Both the position numbers and the translations under genes were made by a program. A stretch of 44,673 nt of DNA, taken from the NCBI GenBank assembly GCA_002937995.1, contig PTLG01000003.1, positions 1 to 44,673 on the forward strand. Reading direction: 5' to 3'. Numbering within the stretch: position 1 is the first letter of the stretch; each line of letters opens with the position of its first letter. The stretch is from Alphaproteobacteria bacterium MarineAlpha3_Bin7. Its GTDB lineage: Bacteria; Pseudomonadota; Alphaproteobacteria; Rhodospirillales; UBA2165. Below are positions 19,830-29,846 of this stretch, one piece after another. The notes under the pieces were generated by a model. It saw nothing but the letters and a program-made list of their open reading frames with translations, had not been told where the DNA came from and searched no databases.

Positions 19830-20825
19830 GTGTTAGGTGGCGTATTAGCATTACTAGCGGCAGCGACATTTGGTTTTAATGCAGTTGCGATAAGGCGAGG
19901 TGTCCTTACGGGAAGTGTGGCACAAGGACTAGCAATTACTGTACCGATAGCCATACCAATTTTTTTAATTGCAGTAATTTTTACAGGCGGGCTATCCCTT
20001 ATAGCGGACTTTTCACTCTATTCTATTGTTTTGTTTAGCATTTCTGGCGCAGTACATTTTAATCTAGGGAGATATGCAAATTATAGAGCCACCAAAGCTA
20101 TGGGCGCTAATTTAGTGGGACCAATAATTTCCGCTAATTTGATTATTACTATTGGGTTAGCAATAATATTCCTAAATGAGGAAATGACACCTCTGCGAGT
20201 TATTGGAATTTTTTTAATAATTTTAGGACTACTAACTTTACTTCGTTCCCCTGGCGTAGCTGGAAAAGGTATTAGAGAGGACGAGACAAAAAATTTTCAA
20301 CCAAGACTAGTAGAGGGCTGGGTATTTTCCATACTGTGTGCAGTTATATTTGGATCTACCCCAATCCTCATACGGATGGCATTTTTAGATTCTGAAACGG
20401 AAGGACTAGGGCCGGGACTTGCTGGTGGATTAATTGCCTACATAAGTGCCACAGTTTTTCTTGGATTATACTACGCTGTAAAGCCTTCGGTCCTCAAACA
20501 CTGCCTATCAATTGATCGCCAAGCTGCCAAGTGGTTTGTTCTAACTGGATTTCTTGTGTGCGCCTCCCACATGTTTAGATTTATGGCCTTAGCTGTCGCA
20601 CCTGTTTCAGTTGTTTCTCCTCTTGTCCAAACGAGCGGGATATTTCGAACTATACTAGGCTGGTTTATCAATAGAGATTACGAGGTCTTTGATAGGTGGG
20701 TTCTCTGTGGAATTTTTATAACGATACTGGGTGCTGTAGCTCTTACGCTGAGTACTGATTTATTTTTAAGTATAGTAAATCTACCAAATAACATTGAGAG
20801 ATTTTTTCAACTTAGTTGGCCTTAA
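19830..20825 (+). CDS. DMT/EamA family transporter
   Basis: Two EamA-like halves, HFNLGRYANYRA, LNEEMTPLRVIG; GTG start. Confidence 0.85.
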   Translation: MLGGVLALLAAATFGFNAVAIRRGVLTGSVAQGLAITVPIAIPIFLIAVIFTGGLSLIADFSLYSIVLFSISGAVHFNLGRYANYRATKAMGANLVGPIISANLIITIGLAIIFLNEEMTPLRVIGIFLIILGLLTLLRSPGVAGKGIREDETKNFQPRLVEGWVFSILCAVIFGSTPILIRMAFLDSETEGLGPGLAGGLIAYISATVFLGLYYAVKPSVLKHCLSIDRQAAKWFVLTGFLVCASHMFRFMALAVAPVSVVSPLVQTSGIFRTILGWFINRDYEVFDRWVLCGIFITILGAVALTLSTDLFLSIVNLPNNIERFFQLSWP

Positions 20826-20845
20826 CTAAACTAAAAAACTTTGGA

Positions 20846-22303
20846 TTACCCACTATCCATTTTTTTTCTCAAGATCTCATTTACAGACTTAGCATCGGCC
20901 TTACCTTGAGTAGTCTTCATCACCTGTCCAACAAGCCAACCTAAAACCTTCTCGTTGCCATCTTTATACTGGCTCACCTGATCAGTGTTTTCCAAAATCA
21001 CTTTTTCAACAGCACTATCGATTTGACCTGTATCCGTAATTTGCTGGAGTCCCTTTTTCTCAACAATCGCAACCGGGTCTTCGGCAGAAGTCCACATGGT
21101 TTCTAATACACTCGTTGCAATTTGATTAGTGATGGTTTTATCTTCTATTAAATCAAGCAAACTGCCCAGACGATCAGCTTTAACTGGACTATTATCTATA
21201 TTCAAATCATCTTTTTTCAACCTAGCAAACAACTCATGTATTACCCAATTGGCAGATAATTTAGGATCCCGTCCAACAGAAAGATCTTCAAAGTAATCCG
21301 CTATTTCTTTTTCCGAGACAAGAATTTCTGCGTCCCCTTCGCTCAAGCCCATCTCACCAACAAACCTTAGTTTTTTTGCATCTGGTAATTCAGGAAGCCC
21401 TTTTCTTATTTCATCGACAAACTCAGTTGAGAGGTCAATTGGCAACAAATCTGGATCTGGAAAGTACCTATAATCATGTGCCTCTTCCTTGGATCGCATT
21501 GAACGGGTTTCGCCTTTGTCAGAATCATAAAGACGAGTTTCCTGATTAACAGTGCCACCACTATCATAGATGTCGACCTGTCTTTTCGCTTCATACTCGA
21601 TGGCATCTTCAACAAATCGAACCGAGTTAATATTCTTTATTTCGGCTCGTGTTCTTAGCTCGCTAGTACTCTTAGGCCTTACACTAACATTTGCATCACA
21701 GCGAAGCGAGCCTTCCTCCATATTGCCATCACAAGTTCCTAAATACCTCATAATCGCCCTTAATTTCCGCATATAAGCACCGGCTTCTTGGGGACTACGG
21801 AGGTCTGGCTTGGAAACAATTTCCATCAAAGCTACACCAGCTCGGTTTAAATCAATAAGTGTATTTCTTGGGTCCTGGTCATGAATTGACTTCCCTGCAT
21901 CTTGTTCTAGGTGAAGCCGTTCAACACCGATCTCCCTGATTTCGCCTGACATTTCTAATGTAACAATACCCTCTCCCACTATTGGCTGAAGATATTGAGA
22001 TATTTGATATCCTTGGGGAAGATCTGGATAAAAGTAATTTTTTCTCTCAAATACTGAATGTAAATTTATTTTTGAATTAAGACCGAGGCCAGTTCTTACT
22101 GCCTGTTTAATGCAAACCTTGTTTATAACTGGCAACATCCCTGGCATCGCAGAATCCACAAGGGAAACTTGTGTATTTGGCTTAGCTCCAAATTCTGTAG
22201 AAGCATCGGAAAATAACTTTGAATCGGAAACAACTTGAGCATGCACTTCCAAGCCAATTACAACTTCCCAATCTTCTTTTTCACCCGAGATAAAATAACT
22301 CAA
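20846..22303 (-). CDS. gatB: Asp/Glu-tRNA(Asn/Gln) amidotransferase subunit B
   Basis: [45 protein letters not shown]. Confidence 0.98.
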   Translation of the reverse strand: MSYFISGEKEDWEVVIGLEVHAQVVSDSKLFSDASTEFGAKPNTQVSLVDSAMPGMLPVINKVCIKQAVRTGLGLNSKINLHSVFERKNYFYPDLPQGYQISQYLQPIVGEGIVTLEMSGEIREIGVERLHLEQDAGKSIHDQDPRNTLIDLNRAGVALMEIVSKPDLRSPQEAGAYMRKLRAIMRYLGTCDGNMEEGSLRCDANVSVRPKSTSELRTRAEIKNINSVRFVEDAIEYEAKRQVDIYDSGGTVNQETRLYDSDKGETRSMRSKEEAHDYRYFPDPDLLPIDLSTEFVDEIRKGLPELPDAKKLRFVGEMGLSEGDAEILVSEKEIADYFEDLSVGRDPKLSANWVIHELFARLKKDDLNIDNSPVKADRLGSLLDLIEDKTITNQIATSVLETMWTSAEDPVAIVEKKGLQQITDTGQIDSAVEKVILENTDQVSQYKDGNEKVLGWLVGQVMKTTQGKADAKSVNEILRKKMDSG

Positions 22304-23781
22304 GATCCTATTTCCTCTATATAAGGTGCTTGATGGCTAAAGTTAATTTGTTTTTCTAAAATGTCGCCACACTGGAAAAGCGTTTCTTCATCAAAAGCTT
22401 TGGTTATAAGTTGCAAACCGAGGGGTAACCCCTCATCTGACAGACCGCCCGGAAGCGACAATGATGGCAAACCAGCCATGCTGGCCGGAACAGTAAAAAT
22501 GTCATTTATATACATCTGAACAGGGTCATCCATTTTCTCCCCAATCGGAAAGGCTGCAAAGGGCGTAGTGGGAGTAAGCAACACATCAACCCTGTCAAAT
22601 ATATCATTAAAATCTTGGATTATCAGAGAGCGAACTTTCTGAGCCTTCAAATAGTAAGCATCATAATAACCAGCACTCAAAACGTAGGTGCCAATCATAA
22701 TTCGTCTTTTAACCTCCTTACCAAAGCCCTCTCCCCTTGTAGCCTCATACATGTCGTTTAGATCCGATCCATCAACTCGCAAACCATATCTAACTCCATC
22801 ATATCTAGCCAAATTGGAAGAGGCCTCCGCAGGAGCTATTATGTAATAAGTTGGAAGTGCGTATTTTGTATGAGGAAGAGAGACATCAACTATTTCCGCC
22901 CCTGCCGATTTCAATAACTCAACCCCCTTTGACCAGAGTTTATCAATTTCAGGACTCATTTCGCTTATTCTATACTCTTCGGGGATACCTACTTTTAGTC
23001 CTCGAATATCCCCAGTTATTGCAGCCTCAAAATTGGGAATAACTTCTGGACTTGATGTAGAGTCTTTTGGGTCATGGCTTACCATGGACTGAAGCATAAT
23101 AGATGCGTCTCTGACTGTTTTTGTTAAAGGACCTGCTTGATCTAAACTAGAAGAAAAAGCAACCATCCCCCATCTCGAACAACGACCATAGGTAGGCTTC
23201 ATACCTACTATACCGCAAAATGACGCAGGCTGACGGATAGACCCTCCTGTATCAGATGCCGCCGCCCCTAAGCATAGATTAGCAGCAACTGCAGAAGCGG
23301 AACCACCAGATGACCCGCCCGGAACTCTGTCTTTACCGTCATTTAGATACCAAGGGTTTTTTACGGGACCATAATGACTCGTGATGTTAGCAGACCCCAT
23401 GGCAAACTCGTCCATATTTGTCTTCCCAATCATCACCGCACCACCACTTCTGAGATTACCCGAAACCGTAGACTCGTAAGGGGGAATGAAACCATCCAGT
23501 ATGTGAGATGCAGCGGTTGTTAAAACACCTTCTGTACAAAAAAGGTCTTTGATACCAATTGGAATGCCATCCATACCTCCAAGGGTTTCACCTCTTGCAC
23601 GCCTTGCGTCGGACTTCCTTGCTAAATCCAGAGCTATTTCTGGAGTAGATGTTATGAAAGCATTTAAATTTTTGCATTTTTCAACCGTAGAGATATGTTC
23701 TTTTATTAATTCTTCCGAGGAAAACTCCCCTGACTGAAGTTTATCTCGTGCCCCAGAAATAGTTAGAGAGGTTAAAGTCAT
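22300..23781 (-). CDS. gatA: Asp/Glu-tRNA amidotransferase subunit A
   Basis: Amidase signature [30 protein letters not shown]; [13 protein letters not shown]. Confidence 0.98.
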   Translation of the reverse strand: MTLTSLTISGARDKLQSGEFSSEELIKEHISTVEKCKNLNAFITSTPEIALDLARKSDARRARGETLGGMDGIPIGIKDLFCTEGVLTTAASHILDGFIPPYESTVSGNLRSGGAVMIGKTNMDEFAMGSANITSHYGPVKNPWYLNDGKDRVPGGSSGGSASAVAANLCLGAAASDTGGSIRQPASFCGIVGMKPTYGRCSRWGMVAFSSSLDQAGPLTKTVRDASIMLQSMVSHDPKDSTSSPEVIPNFEAAITGDIRGLKVGIPEEYRISEMSPEIDKLWSKGVELLKSAGAEIVDVSLPHTKYALPTYYIIAPAEASSNLARYDGVRYGLRVDGSDLNDMYEATRGEGFGKEVKRRIMIGTYVLSAGYYDAYYLKAQKVRSLIIQDFNDIFDRVDVLLTPTTPFAAFPIGEKMDDPVQMYINDIFTVPASMAGLPSLSLPGGLSDEGLPLGLQLITKAFDEETLFQCGDILEKQINFSHQAPYIEEIGS

Positions 23782-23783
23782 AA

Positions 23784-24071
23784 TTACTCGACCACCTTAG
23801 GAACCACATAAAAGTCCGAATTATCGGACGGGGAATTCGCAAGCACCTTATCTTTCTGATCGAGATTAGTTACTTTATCATCTCTTTGCGAGAGTATTTC
23901 ACTTGTAACACTAGTAACAGGTAAAACATTTTTGGTATCAACTTCATCAAGCTGTTCAATCCAATCCAATATTTGATTAAGTTCTGTAGCTAGCTCAGAT
24001 TCATCCTTATCGGCGACCTTCATTCGGGCTAGCTTGGCAATCTCTTTTACTTTAGCTTTATCTATAGCCAT
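23784..24071 (-). CDS. gatC: Asp/Glu-tRNA amidotransferase subunit C
   Basis: [22 protein letters not shown]; first gene of gatCAB. Confidence 0.96.
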   Translation of the reverse strand: MAIDKAKVKEIAKLARMKVADKDESELATELNQILDWIEQLDEVDTKNVLPVTSVTSEILSQRDDKVTNLDQKDKVLANSPSDNSDFYVVPKVVE

Positions 24072-24205
24072 GGACTTTTCACTAAAATCATTATTTATTG
24101 ACCTAAATTATATGAATTGTCTTATTCCGGCAAAAGGCCATTTACAACCCTAGACTCTCTTATATTTTTCTAAAGTAATTTTTTATGCCCATTATTACTA
24201 CAGTT

Positions 24206-25939
24206 CTAGCTCTCTGGTATACCTGCCCGGCGCAATCCTTCTATCATTTTAACTTTTAAATTTTGATTAGGAAAATTATAACTTTGATCCACACGGCTCA
24301 CAGATGTCTTGTTATCGAGAGTTAAAAGTTTACTGGCGATTTTCTCAGCCTCACCAATATCTCCGAGCTCTACCAAAATAGCTATTACCATTATGTGGCT
24401 AGTATCCCAACTAGGATTCATCAGTAAAGAGCTCTTGCAGTATTCTAAAGCTTTATCCAATTCCCCTACTTCGTAATAAATTAGACCAAGAATATTATAA
24501 AATGCAAACAAAAGAGGGTCCCTCGGACTTACTCTTATGGTTTTTTCTACGCTTTCTTTAGCTTTTTGAAGATCTCCGTTTCCATAAGTAAAGCTCATTG
24601 CAAGGAAACCGTTCCAGTGGCTCATATTTGGACTGATCCTTATAACCCGCTCGCAGCTTAAAATACCGAGTTCAGGATCTTCGCTAGTAATAGTTAAAAC
24701 AAAACCACAAAGTAGAAGAACCTGAGGGTCCTCCGTTTTGGTACCAAGAGCTCTTATAGCAAATTGACTAGCCTTTTCCCTATCATTTTCGGTATAGCCT
24801 TCCCAACCTCGACTAGCCCTAATTTGATATCCCCAAGCTGTATAAGCTAGTGCCTTTGCATAATCTGGTGCAGCCTCAACTGCTTTATGCAACAAGTCTA
24901 GAGCCATTTTATTTTGACCTGGATCAAAAGAATAAATTCCAGGCAAAGATTGCAAAAACAAATCGTAGGCATCCAAGTTATCTGGCGGTTTGCTTTTTGC
25001 CCTCTCTATCTCAGCACTAATCAAATTAGGCTCAATCGCACCCAAAACAGAATCGGTAATCTCATCCTGAAGATCAAATATATCCTCAAGTTCTCTATCG
25101 TATTTTTCAGCCCAAATATGATTTCCTGACAATCCTTCTAGAAGTTGGGCATTAATTCGAACCCTATTACCCGCCTTTCTAATACTACCCTCAAGCACAT
25201 ATCTGCAATTAAGCTCGTCAGCTACTTGCCTAATATCTGGCGATTGGCCTTTATAGGTAAACGAAGAGTTTCGAGCTATTACATTGAGCCACCGCAAATG
25301 GGAAAGAGCTGTAATTATGTCTTCCGTAATACCATCAGAAAAATATTCCTGGTCACTATCACCACTCATATTGTCAAATGGTAAAACTGCAATAGATGGT
25401 TTTTCATGAGAAGTAAGTGATGTTTCCTCAATTTTCTCAGTAGTAAGGGCCTTAATTCGAACGGCATAGGCTTGAACAGGTTCGGACACATTTTTTACTA
25501 CTTGTAGACCTAAGTCTTGATACTCAGCATCTATACGGTTTTTTACTTGGTTGTAAACATCCCCAGAGATACAGATGCCTCCAGGTTCAGACAATCCTTC
25601 TAATCGTGCCGCGATATTTATTCCCTCTCCGTGAATATCTCTGCCATCGTCAACTATATCACCCAGATTTACGGCCATCCGAAACTTTAAAATATTATTC
25701 GAGAGCTTATTTTGAAGTTCAATACCAGTCTCCAAAGCCTTTTGGATCGTTTTAAACTCTGCGAGAAAACCATCGCCAGTGAACTTGACAATGCGCCCTT
25801 CATTAATAGTTACCGTCGGCTCAATAATATCATCCCTTGCCTTACTCCAAGCACCAACAGTTCCATCAGTATCCACTTCCATAAGTTTGGTGTAATCTTC
25901 GATATCAGAAATTAGTACGGCAGCTAATCGATGTTCCAT
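24206..25939 (-). CDS. Class III adenylate/guanylate cyclase + TolB-N-like + TPR protein (paralog 1)
   Basis: RLAAVLISD, KFTGDG, GEGINIAARLE; KPSIAVLPFDNMSGD...EYFSDGITEDII; helical TPR-like C-terminus. Confidence 0.92.
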   Translation of the reverse strand: MEHRLAAVLISDIEDYTKLMEVDTDGTVGAWSKARDDIIEPTVTINEGRIVKFTGDGFLAEFKTIQKALETGIELQNKLSNNILKFRMAVNLGDIVDDGRDIHGEGINIAARLEGLSEPGGICISGDVYNQVKNRIDAEYQDLGLQVVKNVSEPVQAYAVRIKALTTEKIEETSLTSHEKPSIAVLPFDNMSGDSDQEYFSDGITEDIITALSHLRWLNVIARNSSFTYKGQSPDIRQVADELNCRYVLEGSIRKAGNRVRINAQLLEGLSGNHIWAEKYDRELEDIFDLQDEITDSVLGAIEPNLISAEIERAKSKPPDNLDAYDLFLQSLPGIYSFDPGQNKMALDLLHKAVEAAPDYAKALAYTAWGYQIRASRGWEGYTENDREKASQFAIRALGTKTEDPQVLLLCGFVLTITSEDPELGILSCERVIRISPNMSHWNGFLAMSFTYGNGDLQKAKESVEKTIRVSPRDPLLFAFYNILGLIYYEVGELDKALEYCKSSLLMNPSWDTSHIMVIAILVELGDIGEAEKIASKLLTLDNKTSVSRVDQSYNFPNQNLKVKMIEGLRRAGIPES

Positions 25940-25987
25940 TTACTCACCACTATTTAGCGAAAAAATATACCCAATTAAGAGACATGT

Positions 25988-27712
25988 TCATTCTAAACCA
26001 ATCTCTTTCAACGCATCTAGATATTTTTTCTTATCAGCATTATCAGAAAAAAGCAGCTGACTGCCTAGCAACTCCAAGGTCAAATCGGGGTATGTAATTG
26101 TCAGCGCCTCCAAGGATAATTTTGCTTTATCTTGCTCCCCACTCTTAAAATAACTTATAATTAACAATCCCCACCCAAAAGGGTTTAAATCAAACTCACT
26201 AAATTCTCCAAACACCCTCTCAAAATGCTCAACTGCTTCAGAATATTTTTCTAGCATACAATAAATTGCATTAAGAACTAGGGCACTTCGCCTATCAAGA
26301 GGATTCACCTTTAATGCATTAATCGCTCTATCTATAGCTATTTTACTTTTTCCTACAAAAACAGAGAGCATTGCATAAGTAATATCTGCATCTGGAACGC
26401 CTTCACAGCTGCCCAGTTTTTCCTCCATTATTCTATTGGCTTCCTCATAAGCGCCTTTTATCATTTTGCCGATGCAAACTCCAAAATATGCATCATAGCA
26501 TTGGGGATTAATACTTAGCGCTTTTTCCCCACTAGTTATAGCTTCATCAGCTAATTTTTCTCTATCCTGTTTGTTAGAAATATCATGCCAAGCTCTTGCA
26601 CCCTTTACTCTCCCAATTTCCGAATACGCTATTGCGCAATTCGAATCTATTTCAAGGGCCTTCTCAAATAGCCTTAATGCTCTTAAATAGGTTCGAGGGT
26701 TTGGTGGATAAGCAAATCTGCGCCCTTTACGCACGTAATCCTCCGCTTCTTTTCGTTCCCCCGCATCAACCCCCTTATCTATGCTAGAAGATGAAAACTC
26801 TACATTAAGCTGTTGAGCGATTTTTTCCGAAATTTCTGCCTGAAGATCAAAGATATTTTCCAATTTCCCATCAAAGCGTTCAGCCCACCTATGACTATTA
26901 TCCTCAGCATAAATTAACTGAGCTGTAATTCTGACACTATCCCCTGCCTTTCTTACACTTCCCTCAAGAACATGATTTACATTCAATTGTTTTGCCACAT
27001 CTCTTATGTCTGGAGATTTTCCTTTATAAGCAAAGGTAGAGTTTCTCGCTATCACTCGTAAGTCTTTTGAACGAGATAATTCAGTAATAATGTCCTCTAC
27101 AATTCCATCCGTGAAATATTCTTGTTCTTTGTCACCACTCATATTATCAAAAGGTAAAACTGCAATGGAGGGTTTTTCCTCAGGAGTTAATGCCTCTACT
27201 ATCCCAGGACTATCCTCTAGACTTTTAAATTTTACAGAATAGGCCTGTATAGGTTGAGTAACATTTTTTACCTCCTGGGGCCCCAGATCTTCGTACTTTG
27301 CATCAACACGGTTTTTAACCTGATTATAAACATCTCCAGAAATCACAATGCCTCCAGGTGCCGCAACCTCCTCCAAGCGCGCTGCAATATTTATTCCCTC
27401 CCCATGAATATCACGGCCATCGTCTATAATATCACCCATGTTTATAGCCATTCGGAACTCTAAAGGATTATTTTTGAGTTTATTTTGGAGGTCGATAGCA
27501 CTCTGTAACGCTTGCTGCACTGTATTAAATTCAGCGAGAAATCCGTCTCCAGTAAACTTCACTACCCGTCCGTCAACATCTTCCACTATCGGTTCGATCA
27601 CAGAGTCTCGCGCATTACTCCATGCTGCTACTGTACCTTCCGTATCTTCTTCCATACGTTTGGTGTAATCAACGACGTCGGAGATTAGTACCGCGGCTAA
27701 TCGATGTTCCAA
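25988..27712 (-). CDS. Class III adenylate/guanylate cyclase + TolB-N-like + TPR protein (paralog 2)
   Basis: Same motifs as paralog 1; TTG at 27712 aligns with the paralog start and follows GGAGG (ORF track uses 27718). Confidence 0.92.
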   Translation of the reverse strand: MEHRLAAVLISDVVDYTKRMEEDTEGTVAAWSNARDSVIEPIVEDVDGRVVKFTGDGFLAEFNTVQQALQSAIDLQNKLKNNPLEFRMAINMGDIIDDGRDIHGEGINIAARLEEVAAPGGIVISGDVYNQVKNRVDAKYEDLGPQEVKNVTQPIQAYSVKFKSLEDSPGIVEALTPEEKPSIAVLPFDNMSGDKEQEYFTDGIVEDIITELSRSKDLRVIARNSTFAYKGKSPDIRDVAKQLNVNHVLEGSVRKAGDSVRITAQLIYAEDNSHRWAERFDGKLENIFDLQAEISEKIAQQLNVEFSSSSIDKGVDAGERKEAEDYVRKGRRFAYPPNPRTYLRALRLFEKALEIDSNCAIAYSEIGRVKGARAWHDISNKQDREKLADEAITSGEKALSINPQCYDAYFGVCIGKMIKGAYEEANRIMEEKLGSCEGVPDADITYAMLSVFVGKSKIAIDRAINALKVNPLDRRSALVLNAIYCMLEKYSEAVEHFERVFGEFSEFDLNPFGWGLLIISYFKSGEQDKAKLSLEALTITYPDLTLELLGSQLLFSDNADKKKYLDALKEIGLE

Positions 27713-27972
27713 AACCACCTCCAGAACTCATTAAAATATTATCGATGCACTCAAGCTCAAAAGCTTAGAACCTTAAAAATTGTATATAAAAATTGTGATG
27801 GAATAAAGGTATAGGGGTCATTCAACGGCTCAGTATAATAAATAAAAGTGTAATAATTTGAGAGGAGACTTTAGTAGGTGTTTGATCTAAGGTAAAACTT
27901 AAATTACTTATTATAGTCAATTAGTTACTTACTATAGTAATCTGTTATGTACACATTAAAGGGCGTTATTAA

Positions 27973-28035
27973 ATGGAACGCAGACTAGCAACTATCTTAA
28001 ATTGTGTTGTGTTTATCTACACCAAAGCTTGTTAA
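27973..28035 (+). pseudogene. Degenerate 5' remnant of a third cyclase-family gene (MERRLATILNCVVFIYTKAC*)
   Basis: Aligns without gaps to the paralog N-terminus MEHRLAAVLISDIEDYTKLM, including YTK at positions 16-18; stops after 20 codons. Confidence 0.6.
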
Positions 28036-28075
28036 GTGACCAATAAATACAAATTAGATAAGGAGGGAAACAACA

Positions 28076-28654
28076 ATGGTTGGCGAAACTAGTTCTCTTG
28101 CACTACCATCTTTAAGTGAGGTCGTTTTAAAAACTGGCAACTTTGATCGGTTAAAGAATTGGTATATAACGGCTTTGGGCTGCGAGCCATTTTTCACTCG
28201 CCCCCGCCCGAAAGAAACTTCGTGGACTGGCGCTCAGCAGATTGCATTCTTCAAGCTGATGGGAGAATACCCCTATTCCCAAGTTTTGGGTATATTTGAG
28301 GTTGACGGAACTGTTGACAGCCCAAGCACAGATCCCGGACTGCACCACCTACAATTTGCTCATGCAAGCTTTGATGAGTTATTTGATCGCTACGATAATT
28401 TGAAGGCTGAAGGGATACTGCCTGCCCACACTTGGAATCACGGCGTAAGCACTAGTTTCTATTACGCGGATCCAGATGGTAATATGGCAGAAATGAACTG
28501 CGTTAATTTTGCTACCGAGGCCGAGTTTTTCGGATATTTTGAAACTGAGTCTTACAAAAAAAATGTGTCGGGTATAGAAATAGAGGCGGAAGATTATATT
28601 AGCCGTTATAGAAGCGGGACCCCGAGAGAAGAGCTTGTAAAGATAGAAGTTTAG
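28076..28654 (+). CDS. VOC family protein (extradiol dioxygenase-related)
   Basis: PGLHHLQF, WNHGVSTSFYYADPDGNMAE; strong RBS AAGGAGGG. Confidence 0.85.
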   Translation: MVGETSSLALPSLSEVVLKTGNFDRLKNWYITALGCEPFFTRPRPKETSWTGAQQIAFFKLMGEYPYSQVLGIFEVDGTVDSPSTDPGLHHLQFAHASFDELFDRYDNLKAEGILPAHTWNHGVSTSFYYADPDGNMAEMNCVNFATEAEFFGYFETESYKKNVSGIEIEAEDYISRYRSGTPREELVKIEV

Positions 28655-28660
28655 GAAGAC

Positions 28661-28969
28661 TTACTCATCAAAATCTGCTGTAAAGCCGGCATCTGTGCCC
28701 TGATAGTTTCCATGTTTATCAATGGGCTTTTTTTTCTTAGCTCGGCTATTTTTTGAGGGTGTTGGATTTTGAATAGAGTCTGAGGTAAAGCCTACATCCG
28801 TGCCGTCATAATCACCGTGCTTATCTATCGGCTTTGGCCTAGCATAAATAGGTTTTTTTCTGACCCTTGAAACCTTCTTTTTTTTCTTCTTTGCCTTGGA
28901 CTTCGTATCAAACCCAATAATTTTTTGAGCATAAGCTCGAGCATAAGGGCGATCATTTTCTTCCGTCAT
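28661..28969 (-). CDS. Lys-rich hypothetical protein with a duplicated 19-aa motif
   Basis: KPIDKHGDYDGTDVGFTSD and KPIDKHGNYQGTDAGFTAD, each preceded by a basic tract. Confidence 0.7.
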   Translation of the reverse strand: MTEENDRPYARAYAQKIIGFDTKSKAKKKKKKVSRVRKKPIYARPKPIDKHGDYDGTDVGFTSDSIQNPTPSKNSRAKKKKPIDKHGNYQGTDAGFTADFDE

Positions 28970-29024
28970 GATATAATTCCAAAAAATGAAAGTTTAAGAG
29001 AGAGTGAAACACTATGATTTAATA

Positions 29025-29429
29025 TTACCATCTCCAGCCCTGTAATTTCTCCAGCTTTCTCATACGTTCCTCACTTAATTGATCTCTCGCCAATCGTTGA
29101 CGTTCTACCCATCGATACAATTTATATCCATCGGGAGCTGTGTGTTTTACAGGCACATCTGCGTCTCCATAGGCCGCCACATATTCCTCTAGATATTCAA
29201 ACCCTTCATCCCAGCTTGTATCTTTTGGGCTCCAGGTCCAACCCTTAAGTTGATCCAACTGCCTCCTTTTTTGTAGATCCATTGAATTTTTCTGCAAGCG
29301 CTGTCGCTCAACCCATCTCCCTAATTGAAATCCATCTGGACAGACGTAATTCGCAGAAAGATCAGCATTACCATTGGCAATGATGTATTCTTCCATGTAT
29401 TCAAAACCAACTTCCCAGGAATCATCCAA
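29025..29429 (-). CDS. Stand-alone tandem helicase-associated (HA) domain protein
   Basis: Two repeats of W..GFEY.EEY....G.AD.......PDG..L.RWVERQR....L....L..L.GW.W; TTG start with GGAGG RBS. Confidence 0.85.
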   Translation of the reverse strand: MDDSWEVGFEYMEEYIIANGNADLSANYVCPDGFQLGRWVERQRLQKNSMDLQKRRQLDQLKGWTWSPKDTSWDEGFEYLEEYVAAYGDADVPVKHTAPDGYKLYRWVERQRLARDQLSEERMRKLEKLQGWRW

Positions 29430-29628
29430 AACAAATTTCCTCCGAAAAACAAAATAAACTACGTAAAATTTGGTAAATATAAAAGAATAAATTGGTACAG
29501 AAAATTATTTTTATAAACAGCTTAGTATAGCAAGGTCTGAAATGTTGTTAAAAACCAATAATTTACCACTTTCAAAAAACAGGCCTAAATATTTTTGTAA
29601 CAATTTGTTGACGGTTTTTTAAATAATT

Positions 29629-29644
29629 ATACTATATATAGTAT
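29629..29644. promoter_or_regulatory. NrdR box overlapping the nrdAB promoter
   Basis: Perfect palindrome ATACTATATATAGTAT fits the consensus acaCwAtATaTwGtgt; TTGACG at 29608-29613 and TACTAT at 29630-29635. Confidence 0.75.
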
Positions 29645-29846
29645 TTGTTATATCTTTTTAGCCAATAAAGAGATTAAAAAAATGGGTTGCTGGGGCACCT
29701 CTAAGCAGTATGTTTCAAGGGGTGATTTGGTTCCTTGGGGGTTCCAATTTGACTAGCTAGTTGATTAGCGAAGGCAGGAGACATTTGATCCTAATTGGGT
29801 TACAATAGTCTGCTCGGGGTTTGGTTTTTAATTAACGGAGATAATT

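Noticed and set aside
24206-28035. Diversity-generating retroelement or prophage explanation for the cyclase duplicates
   Set aside because: No reverse transcriptase, no template/variable repeat pair and no phage or integrase genes in the window
28661-28969. RiPP precursor with repeated cores
   Set aside because: No adjacent maturase, protease or exporter, and no recognisable leader or cleavage motif
29660-29675. Second NrdR box at canonical spacing
   Set aside because: AGCCAATAAAGAGATT matches only half of the consensus; too weak to call
29645-29846. Cobalamin riboswitch upstream of nrdAB
   Set aside because: No GGGAA or B12-box core motifs visible; kept only as a generic structured-leader candidate
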